From contig VAZM01000070.1 in the NCBI GenBank assembly GCA_005883135.1, positions 1 to 51,856 of the forward strand: 51,856 nucleotides of DNA. Reading direction: 5' to 3'. The DNA comes from Alphaproteobacteria bacterium. Lineage in GTDB: Bacteria > Pseudomonadota > Alphaproteobacteria > Rhizobiales > Xanthobacteraceae. Both the position numbers and the translations under genes were made by a program. Positions 41,510 to 49,161 of the stretch are shown one piece after another. The notes beneath the pieces were generated by a model, which did not search any database, was not told where the DNA came from, and worked only from the letters and a program-made list of their open reading frames with translations. Within the stretch, counting starts at the first letter, position 1. Each line of letters starts with the position of its first letter.

Positions 41510-41534
41510 GGAACGGTCCCAAACTAGAGGCGTT
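41510..41534 (+). promoter_or_regulatory. EcfG-type (general stress response ECF sigma) promoter motif GGAAC-N16-CGTT
   Basis: Exact GGAAC (41510-41514), a 16-nt spacer, then CGTT (41531-41534). It lies in the hemA / IlvD-Edd divergent intergenic region and points toward the dehydratase gene. Confidence 0.4.
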
Positions 41535-41729
41535 CCAGGGCTCTTGTCGAGGCGATAATGCGCGCGGCTCAAGGCCGCGGGTCAGGGTCGGCAACGCCAA
41601 GGCGACGCGGCCGATTTCGCTGCCTGGGCAAACAATCGTGCGGTAAACGCGAAAATCCGGGCGCTGCCTGATTGGGGCGCGCCAAGTGGCGTGCGGCACG
41701 TGAGTAAATTAACATTCGGGGCACCCGCG

Positions 41730-43487
41730 ATGGCCGGCGACGCCAAGCGGGAGGTTGTCGGCGAGAGTGTCAACGTGACGAAGAAATCATACGGTCTGGA
41801 GCACGGGCTCACCAATTACGGCGACCGCGACTTCTCGCTCTACTTGCGCCGTTCGTTCGCCCAGTCCATGGGCTACTCGCGGGCTCTGCTGGCGAAGCCC
41901 GTGGTCGGGATCGCCTATACGCCATCGGGTTTCAATAACTGCCACCGCCATTTTCCGGATCTGCTGGAGGCGGTTCGGCGCGGTGTGCTCGCCGCCGGTG
42001 CGCTGCCGATTGCCTTTCCCACGATTTCGCTCGGCGAGGTATTTCTCAGCCCCACGAGCCTGAAGTATCGCAACTTGATGTCGATCGATACCGAGGAGAT
42101 GATCCGCGCGCAGCCGATGGACGCGGTCGTGCTCATGGGCGGTTGCGACAAGACAGTCCCGGCGCAGCTCATGGGCGCGGTATCGGCCGGCCGGCCGGCG
42201 GTGATGCTGGTGGCAGGACCCATGATGACTGGCCGTCATCGCGGCGAGCGCCTCGGCGCTTGCACCGATTGCCGCCGGTTTTGGGCCCGCTACCGCGCCG
42301 GTGAGGTCGGCGAACAGGAAATTTCGGAGGTCGAAGGCCAGCTCGCGGTCACCGCCGGCACCTGTGCCGTCATGGGCACGGCCTCGACTATGGCCTGCAT
42401 CGCCGAAGCGCTCGGTCTGGTACTGCCGGGCACCGCCGCAATTCCGGCGGTGCACGCGGATCGGCTGCGCGCCGCGGAAGCAACCGGCACCGCCGCCGCC
42501 GCGCTCATCGGCTCCGAGCGCACGCCGGACCGGATCGTCAGCGCGAAGTCCGTCGAAAACGCCCTGCGCGCCCTCCTTGCGCTCGGCGGCTCGACCAATG
42601 CGATCATCCACCTCACCGCGATCGCCGGGCGTGCCGGCGTGAAGGTTTCGCTCGAGCAGCTCAATGCGCTTTCGGAGTCGACCCCCGTGCTGGTCAATCT
42701 CAAGCCGGTCGGCAACGGCTACATGGAGGATTTTTTTGCCGCCGGCGGGATGGGCGCGCTGTTGCGCGAGCTCAAGCCGCTCCTGCATCTCGACTGCTTG
42801 ACGGTCACCGGCGAGACCCTGGGCGAGCGTCTTGCGTCCGGCAACCGCGCTTACGTCGACCGCTCCATTATCGCCGAACGCGACAAGCCTTTCGAACCGC
42901 AAGGAGGGTTGATCGCGCTGTTCGGAAACCTCGCCCCAAGGGGCGCGATCCTCAAGCGCTCGGCGGCTGACGCGAAGCTCTTCGAGCATGTCGGCAGGGC
43001 GGTGGTGTTCTCTTCGCTTGCGGACCTTGCCGCGCGCATCGACGACCCGCAGCTCGACGTGACGCCAGAGGACGTGCTCGTGCTGCAGCATGCCGGTCCC
43101 CACGCGAGCGAGTGCATGCCCGAAGCCGGGTATCTGCCCATCCCGAAGAAGCTCGCGCAACGCGGTATCAAAGACATGATCCGAGTCTCGGACGCGCGCA
43201 TGAGCGGGACCGCCTTCGGCACGATCGTGCTACATGTCACGCCGGATGCGGCCTCCGGGGGCCCGCTCGGGCTGGTGCGCAACGGGGACCGCATCCGCCT
43301 CTCGGTGAAGGATCGCCGCATCGATCTCCTCGTCGACGAAGCGGAGCTCAAGGCGCGCGCCGCGGCGAACAAACCCGTACCAATGCAGGCCGAGCGCGGC
43401 TATGCCAAGCTCTATGCCCAGGAAATCCTCGGCGCCGATGAGGGTTGCGACTTCGCCTTCCTGCGGCCCCGCGCGGCTGCGCAGTAA
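41730..43487 (+). CDS. IlvD/Edd family dehydratase (dihydroxy-acid / sugar-acid dehydratase)
   Basis: 585 aa from ATG 41730 (MAGDAKREV). GGCDKTVPAQLMG Fe-S region. C-terminal ARMSGTAFG ... GGPLGLVRNGDRI block. Confidence 0.9.
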   Translation: MAGDAKREVVGESVNVTKKSYGLEHGLTNYGDRDFSLYLRRSFAQSMGYSRALLAKPVVGIAYTPSGFNNCHRHFPDLLEAVRRGVLAAGALPIAFPTISLGEVFLSPTSLKYRNLMSIDTEEMIRAQPMDAVVLMGGCDKTVPAQLMGAVSAGRPAVMLVAGPMMTGRHRGERLGACTDCRRFWARYRAGEVGEQEISEVEGQLAVTAGTCAVMGTASTMACIAEALGLVLPGTAAIPAVHADRLRAAEATGTAAAALIGSERTPDRIVSAKSVENALRALLALGGSTNAIIHLTAIAGRAGVKVSLEQLNALSESTPVLVNLKPVGNGYMEDFFAAGGMGALLRELKPLLHLDCLTVTGETLGERLASGNRAYVDRSIIAERDKPFEPQGGLIALFGNLAPRGAILKRSAADAKLFEHVGRAVVFSSLADLAARIDDPQLDVTPEDVLVLQHAGPHASECMPEAGYLPIPKKLAQRGIKDMIRVSDARMSGTAFGTIVLHVTPDAASGGPLGLVRNGDRIRLSVKDRRIDLLVDEAELKARAAANKPVPMQAERGYAKLYAQEILGADEGCDFAFLRPRAAAQ

Positions 43488-43505
43488 TACACGGAGGAAA
43501 ATTCG

Positions 43506-44264
43506 ATGGCCGTCGAAAGCATCTTTTATTCGGTGTCCGGCCTGAGCTGCCGCGGGGCGCTGGTATGGGACGAAAGCGCAAAGGCGCCGCGGCCGCTTTT
43601 GCTGATGGCGCCTAATTGGCGCGGCGTCATCAAGCCCGCGATCGAAACCGGTCAGATGCTCGCGCAAGCCGGGTATGTCGTCTTCGTCGCCGATATGTTC
43701 GGCGAAGGTAACGGACCGGTCGGTACCGAAAACCCGATGGAGTTTCTGCAGCCGTTCATGTCGGACGTGCCGGGCATGCGCCGGCGCATCTCCGCCGCGC
43801 TCGATACGCTGACACGGGAATCCGACCGGCGCGCCATTGGCGATATCAGCCGCCGCGCGGCGATCGGTTTTTGCTTCGGCGGGCTCAACGTCCTCGATCT
43901 CGCCCGCACCGGCGCCGATGTGCAGGCGGTGGTCTCGATGCACGGGACCTTGGCGACGCCGCATCCGGCCAAGCGCGGTGACGTCAAAGCCGCGGTGCTT
44001 GCCGTGCATGGCGCCGCCGACCCGGTCGCACCGAAGGCCGAGCGGGACGCATTCGAGGCGGAGATGACGGATGCCGGGGCATGTTGGGCGTTGCTCACGT
44101 TCGGCGACGTGTGCCACGCCTTCACCGACCCGCAGGCCAACGTGCCCGGCCGCGCCGTCTACGACGAGCCCGCCACCCGCCACGGTTATGCGCTCGCCCA
44201 TGCTTTCATCGCCGACGCCTTTGCCGGGAAGCGGCACGGTTGCCCTGCGCCATCCCCGGCGTGA
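43506..44264 (+). CDS. dienelactone hydrolase family protein
   Basis: 252 aa. Nucleophile-elbow region AIGFCFGG; HGAADP later in the sequence. Confidence 0.85.
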   Translation: MAVESIFYSVSGLSCRGALVWDESAKAPRPLLLMAPNWRGVIKPAIETGQMLAQAGYVVFVADMFGEGNGPVGTENPMEFLQPFMSDVPGMRRRISAALDTLTRESDRRAIGDISRRAAIGFCFGGLNVLDLARTGADVQAVVSMHGTLATPHPAKRGDVKAAVLAVHGAADPVAPKAERDAFEAEMTDAGACWALLTFGDVCHAFTDPQANVPGRAVYDEPATRHGYALAHAFIADAFAGKRHGCPAPSPA

Positions 44265-44299
44265 TAGTCTCGTCCCGTCCTCACGAGGGGGAACCGTCG

Positions 44300-45010
44300 A
44301 TGCACAACCTGTCCATCCCGCAATCGGTCGTCGCGCGCGTCATCGAGCGCCGCGGCCGCGAGCACATCCATGCCGATCTCGATCCGGCCAAGACCGCCCT
44401 GGTCGTGGTCGACATGCAGAACGCGTTCATGCTGCCGGGCGTTGCGCACGCGCTCTGCCCGACGGCGGAAAAGATCGTGCCCAATATCAATCGTCTCGCG
44501 CGCGCCGTGCGTGAGACCGGGGGAACCGTGGTCTGGATCAAAACCACCTTCACTGAGGATGCACTGCGGACTTGGTCGACCTATTTCGACATGGTAACGC
44601 CGGAGCATGGTGCCAAGCGCGTGCAAGCGCTCACCGCGGGCAACGAGGGACATCAGCTCTGGGCCGCGCTCGAGGTACGCGCGGAGGATCTCATCGTCGA
44701 GAAAAACCGTTTCAGCGCGTTCATTCAAGGCTCCTCGAACCTTGCCGAAATCCTGCGCCAGCGCGGGATCGACACCATCCTCGTCACCGGCACCGTCACC
44801 AACGTGTGCTGCGAATCGACCGCGCGCGACGCCATGATGCTCAATTTCAAGACGATCATGGTGACCGACGGCAACGCCGCCGTGACCGACCAAGACCACA
44901 ATGCGTCGCTCTGCGCGTTCTATCTCACCTTCGGCGACATCATGTCGACCGATATGCTGATCGCCTGCCTGGGCCGCACCGCCTCGAGCAAGCTGACGGC
45001 GGCCGAGTAG
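44300..45010 (+). CDS. isochorismatase-family cysteine hydrolase
   Basis: ATG 44300 (MHNLSIPQS). LVVVDMQNAF and catalytic-Cys block TGTVTNVCCESTARDA. The track ORF start at 44081 overlaps the previous gene. Confidence 0.85.
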   Translation: MHNLSIPQSVVARVIERRGREHIHADLDPAKTALVVVDMQNAFMLPGVAHALCPTAEKIVPNINRLARAVRETGGTVVWIKTTFTEDALRTWSTYFDMVTPEHGAKRVQALTAGNEGHQLWAALEVRAEDLIVEKNRFSAFIQGSSNLAEILRQRGIDTILVTGTVTNVCCESTARDAMMLNFKTIMVTDGNAAVTDQDHNASLCAFYLTFGDIMSTDMLIACLGRTASSKLTAAE

Positions 45011-45125
45011 AACGCGAGGCCGGCGAGCTGAGTGAAGGCTAGGTTTTTCGTCAAGAGCTGGCGGCGGTGTTTGGCTGGGCGAAGCAACATCCAGCACTAG
45101 AACGCCAGCGGCGCGGGTTCCAATT

Positions 45126-45407
45126 CTACTGCGACGGTTTGTGCTTGGGTTTTGCGCCGATCTTGGCTTTCGCGCGCACCACTTCGCCGAGCCGATGCGT
45201 ATCGCTTTGGTCGAGACCCTCGTCGTCCCCCTCCATGCCCTCGTTGCTGGCGGTCATCATCTGCCGCGCATCCTGCTCCCAGGTGTTGAGCGCCTGCCGT
45301 TTTTCCTCCTCCGACAAATCGGCATCGTTGGTGATCTCGTCCGGCGACTTGTAGTGATTTGCCGGCTGCTCGAGCTTGGCCTTCTTCACCTTCGCATCCG
45401 TGCTCAT
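45126..45407 (-). CDS. small acidic hypothetical protein (93 aa)
   Basis: ATG 45407 with GAGG upstream. MSTDAKVKKAKLEQPANHYKSPDEITNDADLSEEEKRQALNTWEQDARQ... has realistic composition. The upstream extension of the track ORF is Arg-rich. Confidence 0.6.
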   Translation of the reverse strand: MSTDAKVKKAKLEQPANHYKSPDEITNDADLSEEEKRQALNTWEQDARQMMTASNEGMEGDDEGLDQSDTHRLGEVVRAKAKIGAKPKHKPSQ

Positions 45408-45439
45408 GGTAACCTCATGTAATTGCGTGCGCACGAAGA

Positions 45440-45464
45440 AACGAATCTGGAAAGATAAAGTTTC
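45440..45464 (-). promoter_or_regulatory. EcfG-like promoter (one mismatch): GAAAC-N16-CGTT
   Basis: The minus strand reads GAAAC TTTATCTTTCCAGATT CGTT, ending 32 nt before ATG 45407. One mismatch to GGAAC. Confidence 0.3.
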
Positions 45465-45540
45465 GCCTCGCAGGGCAACGGCTATGCAGTGGGATCGACC
45501 GCCTTCGCCAAGCTTTCGCAGCGAGCGGACCAGCTTCGCC

Positions 45541-45819
45541 TCAGTCCGTCGCCGCCGAAAGAAACTTGACGACGCGACGAAACTCCGCGTGACCCTTATC
45601 CACCCCGGTCCAATCAACGAGCGGGTCCGTCTTTCTGAGCTCGGTGACCTTCTCTGAAAACTTATCTGTAAGTGCCGCCTCCATCATCCCGGCGGCAGCA
45701 ACCCAATTCGGCTGTGCTCCGGGCTCCTCGGTTAACACAATGGCGATCCCCTTCGGCGGCTGCACGGCCGATCCCAGTTCCCGGACAAGTGCATTAGCCG
45801 TTCTCAAAATGACGCTCAT
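45541..45819 (-). CDS. hypothetical protein (92 aa; 102 aa if ATG 45849 is used)
   Basis: ORF with balanced composition (MSVILRTANALVRELGSAVQPPKGIAIVLTEEPGAQPNWVAAAG...). No domain recognised. It lies downstream of a perfect FNR/FixK box. Confidence 0.5.
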   Translation of the reverse strand: MSVILRTANALVRELGSAVQPPKGIAIVLTEEPGAQPNWVAAAGMMEAALTDKFSEKVTELRKTDPLVDWTGVDKGHAEFRRVVKFLSAATD

Positions 45820-45928
45820 GAAATCGAGGCAACCGGCGCGCCAGTACATCCGTGGTCGCGCAGGTCGCCTTGTAGCCGCCGATCGTCACGACGGCCCTGA
45901 ACCATAACGCTCGGGGTGCCTGAAAAGT

Positions 45929-45942
45929 TTGATCTGAATCAA
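45929..45942 (-). promoter_or_regulatory. FNR/FixK (CRP-family) binding site TTGAT-N4-ATCAA
   Basis: Exact TTGATCTGAATCAA, inside the 18-nt palindrome GTTTGATCTGAATCAAAC (45927-45944). On the minus strand a TATGGT -10-like hexamer (45901-45906) follows after 22 nt. That is the spacing expected for a class II site centred near -41.5. Confidence 0.55.
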
Positions 45943-46318
45943 ACAGTTTGGGTTCGTTTTGCCAAATACAACTTGCGGTTAAGATAAAGGCAATAGTGCA
46001 ACTGATAGGCGGATGCGAACCCGGTGAAATGCTGTGCTCGCGAAAGGTGAGTGGACCGGGGACCACAGCCTCGATCTCCTCCAGACCGCCTAACAACCGG
46101 TTCGCGGACGAAATCGCGTTGAGCGTTGCGCCCAGAATGATCCAGGCGCCGGCATCGGGGCTAATTTCGATTCCAAGCGTCCCCTTGAATGCCGGCACTC
46201 CGTTTTTGCGCAACGGACCGTGACCGGAAAGGAACAACAATTCGCGCACCCTGACACCGGCAACGTGGCTGCAAAGACGAATTGGCGTTGAAACTCCCAA
46301 CGCCCGATTCAGGCTCAT
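45939..46318 (-). pseudogene. RidA/YjgF-family gene remnant (frameshifted and 3'-degraded)
   Basis: The first ~85 codons fit the RidA pattern (VRVRELLFLSGHGPLRKNGVPAFKGTLGIEISPDAG...LNAISSANRLLGGLEEIEAVV). After a CCCC run near 46058-46061 the similarity continues briefly in another frame (RSTHLSRAQHFTGFASAY), then is lost in AT-rich sequence. The rest of track ORF 45794-46318 looks like read-through. Confidence 0.45.
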
Positions 46319-46566
46319 TCAGTCTCGTGTCACTTCGAAAACGCCGGAAGGATGCGATCGCCAGCAGGAGAGAGGGTCCTGAACATGAGGAACGCTAGCG
46401 CTCTTAAATCTGCCTGAGCTGCGAGTAGAGTTTCTCGGAGTCAGACGCCGCGGCTGGGAGGAAGTAAGGTAGTTGTAAGCCATGACATCTAGTGGTTGGA
46501 CAGCAACCCTGGATTGTGATATGCGCCAATGGTTCTATTAGGGGATAGGACGTCGGGAACCAGCGT

Positions 46567-46761
46567 ATGCCCAATCCCGCCCTCTCCCCGTTATCATCGG
46601 CAGTTAGCTCAGTCTTTGATCAGTTTCTGAAGAAACTTGAGACTGAGAAAATACTAGACAAAAGCGCCCGCGAAGCGCTCGCCCAGAGCTTTCAAGGCCA
46701 GAAGCTCGATCATGAGTCATTGCGGAAAGCGCTCTTTAAGCGCGACGAGCTTCAGCAATGA
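46567..46761 (+). CDS. 64-aa hypothetical protein coupled to the ATPase fragment
   Basis: MPNPALSPLSSAVSSVFDQFLKKLETEKILDKSAREALAQSFQGQKLDHESLRKALFKRDELQQ. Its stop overlaps the ATG of the next ORF (ATGA at 46758-46761). Lies in lower-G+C DNA. Confidence 0.4.
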   Translation: MPNPALSPLSSAVSSVFDQFLKKLETEKILDKSAREALAQSFQGQKLDHESLRKALFKRDELQQ

Positions 46762-47042
46762 TTCTTATCGAGAAGCTCGAGATCGCTGAATTTCGAGGCA
46801 TCAAAACCCTCACATTAGATTTGAACAAAAAAAGCTTCGGAATTGCGGGGCCGAACGGCACCGGCAAAAGCGGAATTGTTGACGCAATCGAGTTTGCACT
46901 CACAGGAAGCATTACGCGGCTTGGCGGTGCAGGGACCGCAGAGATTAGTGTCAAAGCGCATGCGCCTCACGTCGATTTCACAAAGAATCCTGAAAAGGCG
47001 ATTGTGAAACTAACTGCGCGAGCGCCTAAAGGATGTCGATAA
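46758..47042 (+). pseudogene. 5' fragment (94 codons) of an SMC/RecF/Rad50-type ABC ATPase
   Basis: MILIEKLEIAEFRGIKTLTLDLNKKSFGIAGPNGTGKSGIVDAIEFALTG is a typical N-terminal head with Walker A GPNGTGKS. No Walker B or signature motif follows. The ORF ends where the solute-binding-protein remnant begins. Confidence 0.6.
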
Positions 47043-47824
47043 AGTCTTATTCTCTCTCGGTCCAACCTGTTCAGGCACCGCGGAGCCGATTTTCAATACT
47101 CTGCAAAAGAACCTCGATGATCCTAACGATAAAGGCGCGCAGTTTCTGTTTTTTACCGACACGGCGAGCAAGTTTGGACTAGCAAAGATTTCCCCGTGGG
47201 TTTTTCGCAATACGGTGGATGAACCCGCGATGTATCAACTGATCGTGCAATATTTGAAGGAGAAGCGGCCGTGCGCAAGTTGCGAAGCTGGCGAAGGCCA
47301 GGGCAGACATCTACTTCACGCTTACGCATGAGCCGACCACCTGCGCGTCTTTTCGGGAGCTTGCAAACCAAGGCGTAAAGCCGGGGATTGCAATCAGCAG
47401 CCTCGCCGGGGGAACCGTAATCCTTGGCTGCCCCGATCTGGCTGAGGGAATGATCGTGCCGACTAACTTCGCGCCGGTCACAGCGAAGGCTATCGAACTC
47501 GAGAAAAAGGCGTGGGATCGTTACAAGGCTGAAAGCAATCTCGACCGCAGCCACACTGCTTATGAGATCATTTATTTGGTCAAAGACCTGATTGAGAACT
47601 CGAACATTGAAAATGCCGAGGGGTCGCTCCCGGCCGATCGAAGAAAACTGCGCGACGCACTGGCGACGGTTCGCAAATTTGATGGCATGATCGGACCAAT
47701 TGCCATCAACCCTGAAGATCATCCGACCAAACCGCGGGAAGCAGAAAAGAAACTATTCCTTCTCCAAGTCAAAGGCGGGCAATGGACGACGCTCCTTAGC
47801 CCACCGGGATTCCAAACTAGATAA
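47014..47824 (+). pseudogene. decayed LivJ-like (Peripla_BP_6) ABC substrate-binding protein gene
   Basis: The signal peptide and N-terminal part are missing. The frame opening at 47014 reads DKVLFSLGPTCSGTAEP...ISPWVFRNTVDEPAMYQLIVQYLKEK. After a frame change and internal loss near 47258-47270 it continues AQVAKLAKARADIYF...LAEGMIVPTNFAP...KFDGMIGPIAINPEDH to TAA 47822-47824. Track ORF 47450-47824 is its tail. Confidence 0.6.
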
Positions 47825-48194
47825 ATCATCGACAAGGGGCGGCGAAACGCTGGCCAGGTAACCGCCGGTGCCTCTCTGCCTACCGCAAACAAGCGGCCTG
47901 ATTGCTGTTGATGGCGTACACCTCCGGCCCGCCAGTGGTCGTGTTCCGCAAAACGATGTTCCTGGTGCCGCGGCTTGAAAGATTGCCGAAGGCGGCCTTC
48001 CAATTCAGCCCACCGCCCCAATGAAATTGCGGCGGTGATTTGATTATTATGGCCCCTTACGGTTCAAGCGGTAGAATGCATTCGAGATTGCGCCCGCAAT
48101 GAAGGGGTTGGCGATCCTGAAGGCGGTGCGGAGCGCTAACTCGACAGAATCCTGCCGCCGCCGGTTCATTTCGCAAGAAGGACAGGAGAGTACG

Positions 48195-49148
48195 ATGAGC
48201 CGAACTCGACGGACTTTTATAACGGGCGCCGCCGCATTTTCGTTCGCCGCTAGCCGGGCACCGGCCTTTGCGCAGCAGAGGCTCACGCCGATACGCATCG
48301 TGGTGACACCGGTCACAAATTACACGGGGCTTCTTGTGGCCCGCGACAAGGGCTGGTTCGAGGAGCAGGGGCTCAACGTCTCCTGGTCGCCAGTGGCGCA
48401 AACGGCGATTGCGGTTGAAGCGACCTATGGCGGTAGCGTGGAATTTGCCGGCGGCGGCGTGTTGGAACCAATGATCGCGCGCGGCAACGGCCTGGACATG
48501 ATGCTGGTCGTGCCGAGTGCACGTATCCGCCCCGAGGCGCCGGACAATTCGGCGATAGTGGTGAAAGCCAGCAGCGCCATTCAGAAGCCCGCGGATCTTG
48601 CGGGCAAGCGCGCCTCGGTCGGTCTTCTCAACAGCATCAACCACATCCACTTCATCGAATGGATGCGGCGGAACGGCGGCGACGCGAAGACCGTTCAGCT
48701 TACCGAAATTCCGTTTCCGCAGATGCCCGATGCGCTAATGCAAGACCGGCTGGATGCGGTGTGGGCGGTGGAGCCGTTCTTCACGATCCTGAAGAAGTCC
48801 GGCAATGTTCGTGTGATCGGCTACCCGTACCAAGAAAATATCCCCAACATGGACATCACCGCGATGTTTGCCAAGGAGAGCTGGCTCAAGGCCAATACCG
48901 ATGCGGCAAAGCGCTTTCGCGACGTGTTCACACGCGCGCAGAAATTCATGGCTGAAGCGCCGAAGGCGGATCGCGACGATTTTGTCTCAAAATTTACCAG
49001 CGTCCGGCCCGAGCTCGTCGCCGAGATGAGCCTGCCGATCTTTGTCAGCGCCTTCAATGTGCAGAGTCTTAGGGCGAACGTGGAACTGGCGGTTGGCCAG
49101 AAGCTGATGAAGTCGATCGATGTCGACTCCATGATCTGGAAGGGCTAG
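48195..49148 (+). CDS. NMT1/THI5-like ABC transporter substrate-binding protein (NitT/TauT family)
   Basis: ATG 48195 with AGGAG 6 nt upstream. Tat-type signal SRTRRTFITGAAAF...AFAQ. 317 aa. Paralogous to the partial gene at the right edge of the window. Confidence 0.85.
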   Translation: MSRTRRTFITGAAAFSFAASRAPAFAQQRLTPIRIVVTPVTNYTGLLVARDKGWFEEQGLNVSWSPVAQTAIAVEATYGGSVEFAGGGVLEPMIARGNGLDMMLVVPSARIRPEAPDNSAIVVKASSAIQKPADLAGKRASVGLLNSINHIHFIEWMRRNGGDAKTVQLTEIPFPQMPDALMQDRLDAVWAVEPFFTILKKSGNVRVIGYPYQENIPNMDITAMFAKESWLKANTDAAKRFRDVFTRAQKFMAEAPKADRDDFVSKFTSVRPELVAEMSLPIFVSAFNVQSLRANVELAVGQKLMKSIDVDSMIWKG

Positions 49149-49161
49149 GCGGCATCATTTG

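Noticed and set aside
41507-41521. Imperfect palindrome TTGGAACGGTCCCAA upstream of hemA, considered as an FNR/FixK site.
   Set aside because: The half-sites and spacing do not fit TTGAT-N4-ATCAA. The GGAAC within it is better explained as the -35 element of the EcfG-type motif.
45927-45944. The palindrome GTTTGATCTGAATCAAAC read as a terminator hairpin of the RidA-like remnant. On the minus strand it is followed by TTTT.
   Set aside because: The stem is only 7 A/T-rich base pairs. An exact match to the FNR/FixK consensus with a correctly spaced -10 is the more specific explanation. A dual role cannot be excluded.
46008-46024. GGGTTCGCATCC (minus strand), resembling a tRNA T-loop; considered as a possible tRNA-fragment integration scar.
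   Set aside because: The flanking bases do not form a T-stem or an acceptor stem, and no cloverleaf can be drawn.
47880-48040. Minus-strand stretch ...WKAAFGNLSSRGTRNIVLRNTTTGGPEVYAINSNQ..., resembling an FG-GAP/VCBS-type repeat.
   Set aside because: It has no start codon, covers a single repeat unit and was recognised from memory only. It is mentioned in the islet finding but not called as a feature.
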